Shown here: positions 30,085 to 39,218 of the stretch, in pieces
Position numbering within the stretch: the stretch's first letter is position 1
Layout of the letters: each line of letters begins with the position of its first letter
NCBI GenBank assembly: GCA_947630445.1
Contig: CANRHQ010000001.1
Location: forward strand, 16,591 to 80,590
Source: an uncultured Clostridia bacterium
GTDB taxonomy: Bacteria; Bacillota; Clostridia; TANB77; CAG-508
Direction: 5' to 3'
DNA: 64,000 nt
Made by a program: the position numbers and the translations under genes
The notes under the pieces: model-generated
Seen by the model: the letters and a program-made list of their open reading frames with translations, nothing else
Told to the model about the DNA's origin: nothing
Database searches by the model: none

Positions 30085-31690
30085 TTAATCATATAATTCT
30101 ATTTTGGCTCCGCTAGAAATATATTCATCTAGAAGTCCATTTTTTACATTTGCTCCTGCAAAACTTTTTATGCTTTTTGGGACTTTAAAAATAATATTTC
30201 CAGTATCATAGGAATCCATATAAGGAAAACTAATATACTCAACTGATTTTGGAAGCACTATTTCAGTCGTTTTTTCTGGTAATTTACCATATCTAAATGT
30301 ATCAAACATGTATTTTACTGTGTCTGGTATAGTTATGGGTTCAAAATTTAATTCCGAACTAATATAAGTCGCAATCATAGAAGTTATAGGTTCACCGTTG
30401 ATAGAAGTTTTACATGGTTCACTAAGAACAGTTTGTTCCTCAAATATTTTTTTTAAGTTTAAGCATGCGTTCCATCCACCCAAATTAAATCGATAAATAA
30501 TGCATCTTTCTATCATTATTTCTTCTGCATCACTTTCATCAATCGCATCTATTATATATTTAATTCCATCATCTAAAAATGGTAAACAGTTATATGTATA
30601 TATATAATCTCCATCATATATAACACATTCATCAATATTTGTTATTCCTTCATAGGTTATTGTTTCTACATTATTCTCATTATTAGTTATTTTTATTTGT
30701 ATATCTCCATTTTGTGTAGTAACATATCTAAATTTTGCTTTATATAAATCTTTACCTGTTATTTCTTCCACTTTTCCATCAGGCAATTCAATTTTATATG
30801 TTTTATTTTTTTCTTCATCTGGTATAGTTAATTTTGTCCTATCACCATATAAATTATTATATGTTGCTAGTAAATTTTCATAATTGATATCTAATATATA
30901 TGCTGGGAAAAAACCCATTGGGAACAATTCATTATAACTCATCCCCATATTATTTAAGCCAGTAAAACTTTTATTTGGTATTTGAATATTTTCTTTTTTT
31001 TGTTGTAATTGTTCCACCAATTCTTTTCCTACTTCTTTATATGCATCATACTCATCTATACCTAATATACTCAAAAATTCTGCAAAAAATGGTCCTACTC
31101 CTGTTTTTTTCTTTTCTTTCTTCTATATATTTATATTCTGGCGTTTCTGTTATTTCTGTTGGCAAATTTTCCGAAAAGAAATGATATGTCCAAAAATCAG
31201 ATAAATCAGAAAAACTATATATTGGCAAAGAATAAGCTATTAAAAATCTTGTTAAGTAACATTTTTCTAAAACAAATTGTTCAAATGATGGTGCATAATA
31301 TTTTGATTCGACATATACATTTACTTTTCTTGTTTTGGTATCTATATCTTTATATATTGTCCACATTCCATCTTCTGTTGTTACTGCATCATATTGTGCT
31401 CCATCATGTGTTTTATCTATTCCATTGTTCTCAAATTTGGCATTTCTATCTTGGTTACTGTCTACTCCATTTACCATGTCTCCAATGTATTGGTTTAAAT
31501 TATCTAATTTTTCTCTCTCATCTTGTTCTGCTTGTTCTGTTTCTTGTTTTGCTCTTTGTGATTGTCTTATTATTCCATTATCTCCTGCTAGCATTGATAT
31601 ACTTACTCCTGCTAATATTAACAATACTATAATTGTTACTACTAGTGCTATTAATGTTATTCCTCTTTCTTTTCTTATTTGTTTTTTCAA
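30085..31690 (-). pseudogene. pilin-like paralog B, split into two ORFs (31052-31690 and 30085-31074) by a frameshift at a T7/A7 tract (31104-31110)
   Basis: N-terminus MKKQIRKERGITLIALVVTIIVLLILAGVSISMLAGDNGII is nearly identical to paralog A; the downstream ORF shares the C..Y..GG.AC block with paralog A; the two ORFs overlap and the only homopolymer in the overlap is ctgTTTTTTTc. Confidence 0.55.
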
Positions 31691-31871
31691 TTTGTTTTTT
31701 CTCCCTTTCTTTTGTTTTCTTTATTATATTTCTTTGTAAAGTATTTACAAATACCTTTATTCTTTAATTTTTATACTTAAAGATTATTTAAAATCTCTTA
31801 AGCATTCTTTTTACTATATTTCCACAATTATATATTTCTCTATTTATTCATTAAAAATTTTTCTAAATATC

Positions 31872-31985
31872 TTGACTTTATTGATATTTACTGATATAGT
31901 AAATTTACAAAAATTCTTTAAGTATAAAAATTAATGATTTATATAAAAAAGATTAGGGATATTAGTTCCTAATCTTTTTATATCT
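31872..31985 (+). ncRNA. candidate small RNA: consensus promoter (TTGACT-17-TATAGT), a transcript of about 75 nt, and an intrinsic terminator
   Basis: ttgact at 31872-31877; tatagt at 31895-31900; hairpin aagattaggga-tattag-tcctaatctt (31949-31976) followed by ttttta; the downstream gene has its own TTGACT/TAAAAT promoter after this terminator. Confidence 0.35.
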
Positions 31986-32065
31986 TACAATATTTTTCAT
32001 TCTATTTCCTTGACTTTTTTATATCTTATAGTAAAATAATAAGAGTTAATTTTAAGGAGGAATTT

Positions 32066-32566
32066 ATGGCAAGTTTACCATTGGTTTTAAAATATATATT
32101 AACAGGTTTTGTAGGAATGTTACCTATTATAGAACTAAGAGGAGCTATTCCTGTAGGAGTTTTTACTTTTCATTTGAGCTATTTGGAGGCTTTTATATGT
32201 AGTTTTATAGGAAATATTATCCCTGTTTATTTTATAGTAAAATATATTAGACCTTTATTTGATTTTTTTGGAAGATGGAAGATTTTCAAAGTTATTATTG
32301 ATTGGGCTACTGAAAAGGCTACTAAGCATATTGAAGAAAATACGAAACTACAAAATGCAGTTTCCGTCGGCTTGTTTTTATTTGTTGCAATACCTTTACC
32401 TGGTACTGGTGCTTGGGTTGGATCTCTTATTGCAAACTTTTTAAATTTACCACCTAAAAAAGCTATTCCACCAATTATAGTCGGTGTTCTTTCTGCTGGA
32501 ATTATTGTTCTTACTCTTACTGCTGTTGCTAATGGTGGGATTCAATATTTATTACAAAGAGTATAA
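32066..32566 (+). CDS. small membrane protein, putative small multidrug export family (COG2426/PF06695-like)
   Basis: 166 aa; 4-5 TM segments; IELRGAIPVG motif near the N-terminus. Confidence 0.45.
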   Translation: MASLPLVLKYILTGFVGMLPIIELRGAIPVGVFTFHLSYLEAFICSFIGNIIPVYFIVKYIRPLFDFFGRWKIFKVIIDWATEKATKHIEENTKLQNAVSVGLFLFVAIPLPGTGAWVGSLIANFLNLPPKKAIPPIIVGVLSAGIIVLTLTAVANGGIQYLLQRV

Positions 32567-32567
32567 A

Positions 32568-32600
32568 AAAACTTTAAGTTTTAACTTAAAGTTTTTTTAT
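32568..32600. terminator. bidirectional terminator (aaaaaactttaagtt-ttaac-ttaaagttttttt)
   Basis: Perfect inverted repeat between the convergent gene at 32066-32566 and tktB. Confidence 0.65.
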
Positions 32601-32618
32601 AACTTATTAATAATAATT

Positions 32619-33554
32619 TTATTTCAAAATATTTTCTACTTTAGTAACAATATTCTCAACATTTAATCCATATTTTTCTTTAACTTCTGTAGCAGTACCT
32701 GACTCTGTAAATACATCTTCAACTCCTACATAGGCAATTGGAGCATGTTTACTCTTTTGTGCCAATATTTCAGCTATTGCTCCTCCTAGCCCTCCAATAA
32801 CAGAATGATTTTCTACTGTTACTATACATTTTACTGTTTCTGCTAAATTATTTATTAATTCTTTTTCTATTGGCTTTACTGAAAATATATTTATAAGTTT
32901 TCCTTTATATCCTCTTTCTTTTAATGCTTCAAACCCTTTATATGCAATATCTGCTGAAGTTCCTTCATATATTAAAGCAAAGTCATTTCCTGAATCTTCA
33001 ACAATTGTAGATTTTCCTACTTGAGCATTTTGCTCAAATTCAACATTTGGCACATTATCTCTTGCTACTCTAATATATACTGGTCCATCATATTCTATTG
33101 CTAATTTTATTGCTTCTTTCATTTCTTTTAAATTAGATGGCACTAAAATTTTAACATTTGGTATTGAACGAACTAATGCAATATCTTCATTTGCGTGATG
33201 TGATGCCCCATCTTTTCCATTATCCATTCCTGCATATGTTCCTATCATTTTTACATTAAGATTTGCATATGCTGATTGTCTTAATTGTGTCCATGCTGTT
33301 CCTGCAACAAATATTGCAAAATTAACATAGAATGGAATTTGACCTTCTGAAGCAAGTCCTGCCGCAATTGACATTGCACTTGCTTCTGCTATGCCTGTTT
33401 CCACAAACCTATTTGGATATTGTTTTTCAAATTGAAGTGTTGTAGTAGATTTTGCTAAATCACTATCTATTACATAAATTCGATCATCTTGTTTTGCAAA
33501 TTCACATAAAAGTTCACCTATATAGCTTCTTAAGCAAATTTTTTCTTCACTCAT
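32619..33554 (-). CDS. transketolase, C-terminal subunit
   Basis: 311 aa; pyrimidine-binding and C-terminal domains of split transketolase (..GIAEASAMSIAAGLA..). Confidence 0.9.
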   Translation of the reverse strand: MSEEKICLRSYIGELLCEFAKQDDRIYVIDSDLAKSTTTLQFEKQYPNRFVETGIAEASAMSIAAGLASEGQIPFYVNFAIFVAGTAWTQLRQSAYANLNVKMIGTYAGMDNGKDGASHHANEDIALVRSIPNVKILVPSNLKEMKEAIKLAIEYDGPVYIRVARDNVPNVEFEQNAQVGKSTIVEDSGNDFALIYEGTSADIAYKGFEALKERGYKGKLINIFSVKPIEKELINNLAETVKCIVTVENHSVIGGLGGAIAEILAQKSKHAPIAYVGVEDVFTESGTATEVKEKYGLNVENIVTKVENILK

Positions 33555-34369
33555 CTATTAAACACCTCTACTTTCTTTAAATCTTCCATTGCTATTTTAT
33601 ATTCTTCATCACTTATTTCACCATTATGCCATTTTGGATTATTTTCCATAAAAGATACACCTTTTCCTTTTACTGTATTACATATTATTGCTATTGGTTG
33701 TTCTTTTATTGTATATGCTTCATTTAATGCACCTACTATTTGTTGCATATCATTACCATCTATTTCTATAGTATAGAAATTAAATGCTTCTATTTTATTT
33801 TTTAAAGGTTCTAAATTCATTGATTCATTAACATCTCCATATGAAGATAATTTGTTATAATCAATTACCAATATTAAATTATTTAATTTATAATGAGCTG
33901 CTTGTAATAAAGATTCCCATATTTGTCCTTCTTGCATTTCTCCATCTCCTACAATTGCATAAACATGGTGATTATCTCCTATATTTCTCTTTGCTATTGC
34001 CATTCCAACTGCCATTGATAAGCCTTGCCCTAATAGTCCAGTTGTAGCATCTACTTCTGGAATTGTTCTTGTATAAGGATGCCCTTGAAGTCTTGAATTT
34101 ATCTTTCTTAGGCTATTCATTTCATCATCTTTTATTATTCCTTTTGAATTAAGAACAGCATATAATGCTGGAACCGTATGTCCTTTTGATAATACTACTT
34201 TACTTCTTAATTTTGAATTAAAATCTACATCTATTTCATATATTGCAGTTAAAATATCTATAATTGATAATGCCCCTCCTACATGTCCTGATTTTGCTGA
34301 ATATATCATATTAATGATTCTTTTTCTGTTTTCATTTGCAAGTTTTTTTAATTCTTCTACACTAATCAT
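33551..34369 (-). CDS. transketolase, N-terminal (TPP-binding) subunit
   Basis: 272 aa; GHVGGALSIIDIL..; TPP motif GDGEMQEG; overlaps the downstream subunit by 4 nt. Confidence 0.9.
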   Translation of the reverse strand: MISVEELKKLANENRKRIINMIYSAKSGHVGGALSIIDILTAIYEIDVDFNSKLRSKVVLSKGHTVPALYAVLNSKGIIKDDEMNSLRKINSRLQGHPYTRTIPEVDATTGLLGQGLSMAVGMAIAKRNIGDNHHVYAIVGDGEMQEGQIWESLLQAAHYKLNNLILVIDYNKLSSYGDVNESMNLEPLKNKIEAFNFYTIEIDGNDMQQIVGALNEAYTIKEQPIAIICNTVKGKGVSFMENNPKWHNGEISDEEYKIAMEDLKKVEVFNR

Positions 34370-34385
34370 TTAATATCATCCTCCT

Positions 34386-34925
34386 CTATGTTTCATTTAT
34401 ATCTAATAATGAATATATATTATTACTGTTATTTAGTTCTTTTATATTCATTATTACACCTTCTCCTACAACATTGCCTCCCAATTCTTCTATTGCTTGT
34501 CTAATAGATTTCATTGTATTACCTGTTCCACATATATCATCAATTATGTAAAAATTTTTATTTTTATATTCTTCATTTACTAGTTTAGGTAATTCCAATT
34601 TATCTTTTCCATATTCTTTCTCATATTCAAACTGTTTCTCTACTGTAATTGGTGGCAATTTTCCGACTTTTCTTACAGGAATAAATCCTAATTTTAATTT
34701 ATTTGCTACAGCAGATCCTATGATTAAACCTCTTGCCTCTGGCCCTACTATATAATCTGCTTTTTTATTTTCTATTTCTTTTACAAACTTCTCTATGATT
34801 TCACCAAATACTTCTTTTTGTATTATTAATGGCATTATATCAATAAATTCTATTCCTTCTTTAGGAAAATTCTTTTGGGTTCTAATATTTAGTTCATTTT
34901 TTAGTTCATTTCTTAATATTCTCAT
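34386..34925 (-). CDS. apt: adenine phosphoribosyltransferase
   Basis: 179 aa; FPKEGIEFIDIMPLI; PRPP-binding loop YIIDDICGTGNTM. Confidence 0.9.
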   Translation of the reverse strand: MRILRNELKNELNIRTQKNFPKEGIEFIDIMPLIIQKEVFGEIIEKFVKEIENKKADYIVGPEARGLIIGSAVANKLKLGFIPVRKVGKLPPITVEKQFEYEKEYGKDKLELPKLVNEEYKNKNFYIIDDICGTGNTMKSIRQAIEELGGNVVGEGVIMNIKELNNSNNIYSLLDINET

Positions 34926-34998
34926 TTATCTTCTCCTTTTTTTCATATTATATAATACTTTTTTTATAAAAACTAGTATATATTAAAAAATAAACATA

Positions 34999-35646
34999 CT
35001 AACGTATGCTTATTTTTTTATTATTATCTATATTTATTTGTAAATCTTCTATTTTATTTTCTTTTGCGTATTTTATTAAAAGATGTGCTTCATATGTTAC
35101 TATCCCTCTTCCAGTATTCCAACCATCTTCTGATAAAAACCAATTTTCTGAGTCTGTAAAACCATCTTTAGCACATACTAAAGTTATTCCAATATTAGGA
35201 TATTTTTTCTTTAATACTGCATAACACCTTTTTAAGTGATATTCACTTGTTATTATTGTTATATTATCAATCTGTTTTATTTCATTACCTATTATTTTTA
35301 ATGCGTTTTCAACATTTTCAAATGTATTTTTAGATGTATTATCAATTAAAATGTCCTTTTCATTAACACCTAATTCTAAAGCTAGTTTTTTCATTTTTTC
35401 CGCTTCCGGTATTTTTGAGTGTTCTTGATTACTTACTCCTTTAGTTCCTCCTAGAAAAATCAATTTTTCTATTCTATGTTCTTTATATATTTCAACTGCC
35501 TTTTTTACTCTTTCATTTATCAATAAACTATTTCCAAATACTAAAGCATATTTACTTGGTATTTTATTATCTTCAATGTTTGTATATACAATATTTGATA
35601 CATCTTCATCACTTAAATTATTATCATCTATTTCAGAAAGTTTCAT
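34999..35646 (-). CDS. DUF218/YdcF-family (ElyC/SanA-like) protein
   Basis: 215 aa; ..LVFGNSLL...IFLGG...IITSEYHLKRC pattern of DUF218. Confidence 0.55.
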   Translation of the reverse strand: MKLSEIDDNNLSDEDVSNIVYTNIEDNKIPSKYALVFGNSLLINERVKKAVEIYKEHRIEKLIFLGGTKGVSNQEHSKIPEAEKMKKLALELGVNEKDILIDNTSKNTFENVENALKIIGNEIKQIDNITIITSEYHLKRCYAVLKKKYPNIGITLVCAKDGFTDSENWFLSEDGWNTGRGIVTYEAHLLIKYAKENKIEDLQINIDNNKKISIR

Positions 35647-35657
35647 CTTTACTCCTT

Positions 35658-37862
35658 TTATTTTTTTATACTATTTTTTAGTCTTAAGGCATTTAATATA
35701 ACTGTAAAGCTACTTAACACCATTGCAGCACTTGCAAACATTGGACTTATAGCAATTCCAATAGGTCGTAATACTCCTGCTGCTATTGGTATCATTAATA
35801 TATTATAAAAAAATGCCCAGAATAAATTTTGTTTAATATTTTTGATTGTTTTTTTACTTATATTAATTAAATTTATTATACTTGTTAAATCATTTCTAGT
35901 AAGTATGACATCAGATGAATCTATTGCAATATCTGTTCCTGAATTTACACTAACTCCTATATCACTTACAGTTAATGCTGGACTATCATTTATTCCATCT
36001 CCACACATCATTACAAATTTGTTTTCTTCTTTTAAACTTTTTATCATATTAGCCTTTTCGGTTGGCATTACATTACTAATTACTTTTGTTATTCCTATAT
36101 CTTTTGCAATTTTTTCTGCAGTTTGCTTATTATCACCTGTTAACATTATTGTTTTAATTTTATTCTCATTTAAAATTGAAATAACATCTTTGGCATTTTC
36201 TCGTACTATATCATTTATCCCAATTAATGCGATTATTTCTTTATTTTTTACAACATATACAATACTATTACCTGCTTCTGATAAAGATTTTTCATCTTCT
36301 AAATGATTATTTTCTATTCCATATTGAGTTAACATTTTTGAATTTCCAAGTAATATATCATCATTATTTACATTTGCTTTTATTCCTAATCCAGATATAT
36401 TCTCAAAATTTGTTACTTCTAATGTGCTTAATTTGTTTTCTTCTAAATAATCAGTAAATGCTTTTCCTATAGGGTGAGTAGATTTTGATTCTACACTTCC
36501 TACTAATTGTAAAAGATTTTCAGTATTATTATAATCTATAATTTTAGATATTTTTAATTTTCCATAAGTTAATGTTCCTGTTTTATCAAATACTATGGTA
36601 TCTACTTTTTGGGCATTTTCTAATATTTCACTTTTCTTTACTAAAATTCCATTACTAGCACATAAACCTTCTGCAATAACTATTGCAAGTGGTGTTGCAA
36701 GTCCAAGACTACATGGACATGCTACTACTAGTACTGTTACAAATGTTGTAATTGCTGTCTGCATGCCTTGACCTAAAATTAAATATATAAAAAATGTGAT
36801 TATTGCAATTACTATAACTACTGGTACAAATATTCCTGATACTTTATCTGCAATTTTAGCTATTGGTGCTTTTGTATTACTTGCTTCTACTACTAATCTA
36901 ACAATTTCTGATATTGTTGATTCCTTTCCTATTCTTTCTGCTTTATATTCTAAATATCCATCATAATTTATACTTCCAGCTATAACTTTATTACCTATCT
37001 CTTTTGCTACAGGTTTACTTTCACCAGTTATAAAAGATTCATCTAAATGTGCCTTTCCTAATATTATCTCTCCATCAACTGCAATTTTTTCTCCTGGTCT
37101 TGAAATAACAGTATCACCTTTGCTTATTTCATCTAGAGTTACTTGTTTTTCTTCGCCATTAATTCTAATAGTTGCTGAATTTGGTGTTATTTTTACTAAT
37201 TTTTGAATTGCTTCTCTTGTCTTATCTTTACTTATTCCATCAATATATCTTCCTAATTTTATAAAATATATTACTATTGCTGATGATTCAAAATATAAAT
37301 TCATTACTTCATGATGATTTCCTAAAAACACCATATACATATTATAAATGCTATATAATAAACTAGATATAACTCCTATTCCTACTAATGTATCCATATT
37401 GGGAGTTCTATGAATTAGATTTTTATATCCATTTTTTAAAATGTCAAATCCATACCATAAAAATGCTATTGTTAATACTAGCAAAGTTAGCATATAATTT
37501 GTACTGTTTGTATGTGGATCTAAAAATTTAATTACTGGTAAGTTTATCATATGCCCCATTGAAATATACATTAGTAAAATTGCAAGAATTGTAAATATTA
37601 TAAATTTAACTGTTTCTATTTTATTTTTACTTTCTGTTTTTATTTCTTTGAATTCTCCTAGACTTTTAAATCCAGCTTTTTTTACAAATTCTTCTAAATC
37701 TGATATATTTAATTTTTTTTCATCATATTCTATACTTGCATTTGCTAAAACTAGATTTACATTTGCTTCTTTTACTCCATCTTGTTTATTTAAGTACTTT
37801 TCTAGCCCATTAGAACATGCTGAACATGTCATTCCATCAATAGACAAAATTATTTTTTTCAT
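35658..37862 (-). CDS. copA: copper-translocating P1B-type ATPase
   Basis: 734 aa; N-terminal HMA GMTCSAC; TM CPC motif; DKTGTLT; GDGINDSPAL. Confidence 0.9.
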   Translation of the reverse strand: MKKIILSIDGMTCSACSNGLEKYLNKQDGVKEANVNLVLANASIEYDEKKLNISDLEEFVKKAGFKSLGEFKEIKTESKNKIETVKFIIFTILAILLMYISMGHMINLPVIKFLDPHTNSTNYMLTLLVLTIAFLWYGFDILKNGYKNLIHRTPNMDTLVGIGVISSLLYSIYNMYMVFLGNHHEVMNLYFESSAIVIYFIKLGRYIDGISKDKTREAIQKLVKITPNSATIRINGEEKQVTLDEISKGDTVISRPGEKIAVDGEIILGKAHLDESFITGESKPVAKEIGNKVIAGSINYDGYLEYKAERIGKESTISEIVRLVVEASNTKAPIAKIADKVSGIFVPVVIVIAIITFFIYLILGQGMQTAITTFVTVLVVACPCSLGLATPLAIVIAEGLCASNGILVKKSEILENAQKVDTIVFDKTGTLTYGKLKISKIIDYNNTENLLQLVGSVESKSTHPIGKAFTDYLEENKLSTLEVTNFENISGLGIKANVNNDDILLGNSKMLTQYGIENNHLEDEKSLSEAGNSIVYVVKNKEIIALIGINDIVRENAKDVISILNENKIKTIMLTGDNKQTAEKIAKDIGITKVISNVMPTEKANMIKSLKEENKFVMMCGDGINDSPALTVSDIGVSVNSGTDIAIDSSDVILTRNDLTSIINLINISKKTIKNIKQNLFWAFFYNILMIPIAAGVLRPIGIAISPMFASAAMVLSSFTVILNALRLKNSIKK

Positions 37863-37876
37863 GCTAAATTGCTCCT

Positions 37877-38092
37877 TTATTCTTTTACTTCATACCCAAT
37901 GTCTTCTAATTTTTCTTTTATAACAACTTTATCTACATCTTTATTTAGTGTAACTATAACTGTTCCATTTACATGGTTTGCAACTACATTTTCTACTCCA
38001 TCTATTGTTTTTAATGCGTTTTGAACTCTATTTTCACATCCATTACACATCATTCCTTCTACATTAAATGTTAATTCTTTCATTCTATTCAC
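37877..38092 (-). CDS. copZ: copper chaperone CopZ (HMA domain)
   Basis: 71 aa; GMMCNGC metal-binding motif. Confidence 0.85.
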   Translation of the reverse strand: MNRMKELTFNVEGMMCNGCENRVQNALKTIDGVENVVANHVNGTVIVTLNKDVDKVVIKEKLEDIGYEVKE

Positions 38093-38810
38093 CTCCCTTC
38101 AATATATCTTTAATAACTTCTCCTGCTATAATTAAACCTGCTACTGATGGTACAAATGATATACTTCCTGGCACTTGTTTTTTATTTGTGTCTGTTAAAC
38201 ATTCCGCTTCTAATTTTTCATCTGGTTTAATTGGTTCTTCTTTTGAATACAGAACTTTTAATTTGTTTATTCCTCTTTCTTTAAGTTCTTTTCTCATTAC
38301 TTTTGCAAGTGGACATATACTTGTTTTTGATATGTCTGTTATTTCAAACTTTGTAGGATCTAATTTGTTTCCAGTTCCCATACATGATATTATTGGTATA
38401 TTTAATTTTTTAGCTCTTATTACTAATTCTATTTTTGCTGTAATAGTATCAACACTATCTACTACATAATCAACTGTATTATTTAAGATTTCTTTACTTT
38501 CTGGCATAAAAAATTCTTTAGATATTTCTACTTTTGCATTTGGATTAATTTCTAGTATTCTTTCTTTTTCTACTTCTACTTTATATTTATCAATTGTTTT
38601 GGTTGTTGCAATTATTTGCCTATTTATGTTTGTTAGACTAATTTTATCATTATCTACTAATATAAAATTTTCTATTCCTGCTCTTGCTAGTCCTTCTACT
38701 ACATAAGAGCCTACTCCTCCTATTCCAAATATTGCTACTTTTGATTTATGTAACTTTTCTATTCCTGCTTTTCCTATTAATAATTCTGTTCTTGAAAATT
38801 GATTTAACAT
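38085..38810 (-). CDS. tcdA: tRNA threonylcarbamoyladenosine dehydratase (ThiF/MoeB-family E1-like, TcdA/CsdL)
   Basis: 241 aa; Rossmann motif VAIFGIGGVGSYVVEGLARAGI; short TcdA-type architecture. Confidence 0.75.
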   Translation of the reverse strand: MLNQFSRTELLIGKAGIEKLHKSKVAIFGIGGVGSYVVEGLARAGIENFILVDNDKISLTNINRQIIATTKTIDKYKVEVEKERILEINPNAKVEISKEFFMPESKEILNNTVDYVVDSVDTITAKIELVIRAKKLNIPIISCMGTGNKLDPTKFEITDISKTSICPLAKVMRKELKERGINKLKVLYSKEEPIKPDEKLEAECLTDTNKKQVPGSISFVPSVAGLIIAGEVIKDILKGGE

Positions 38811-38820
38811 TTTATCTCCT

Positions 38821-39135
38821 TTATTGCAATTTTTTTATTAATTGCATTACTTCTTCTAATATTTCCAAATTTCCATTTTGTATATCATGTGTTACACATG
38901 TTTTCATGTGATTTTCTAATATACTATTTCCTAAAGTCTGCAAAGATTTATTTACTGCTGAAATTTGAATTAAAACATCCCCACAATATCTATCATCTGT
39001 AATCATTTGATTTATTCCTCTTATTTGACCTTCTATAATATTTAGTCTTTTTGTTAGTTTCTTTTTTTCTTCTTCAGTTCTATGAGTGCTTCTTTTATTT
39101 GCCTTATCCGATTTTTTGCAATTTGTACAATTCAT
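38821..39135 (-). CDS. csoR: CsoR-family copper-sensing repressor; start refined to MNCTNCKK
   Basis: RLNIIEGQIRGINQMITDDRYCGDVLIQISAV.. is the CsoR/DUF156 signature; RBS agaggtgag precedes the internal ATG at 39135. Confidence 0.8.
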   Translation of the reverse strand: MNCTNCKKSDKANKRSTHRTEEEKKKLTKRLNIIEGQIRGINQMITDDRYCGDVLIQISAVNKSLQTLGNSILENHMKTCVTHDIQNGNLEILEEVMQLIKKLQ

Positions 39136-39145
39136 ATTGCTCACC

Positions 39146-39178
39146 TCTTGTTTTGTATTATATACCCCATAGGGGTAT
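39146..39178 (-). promoter_or_regulatory. cop-operon promoter (TTGACA-18-TATAAT) with a CsoR-box palindrome ATACCCCTATGGGGTAT in the spacer
   Basis: Minus strand ttgacaacATACCCCTATGGGGTATataat; a GC-rich pseudo-palindrome typical of CsoR operators. Confidence 0.7.
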
Positions 39179-39218
39179 GTTGTCAATATAAATTTTTATT
39201 TTAATAATTTTTTCTTTT

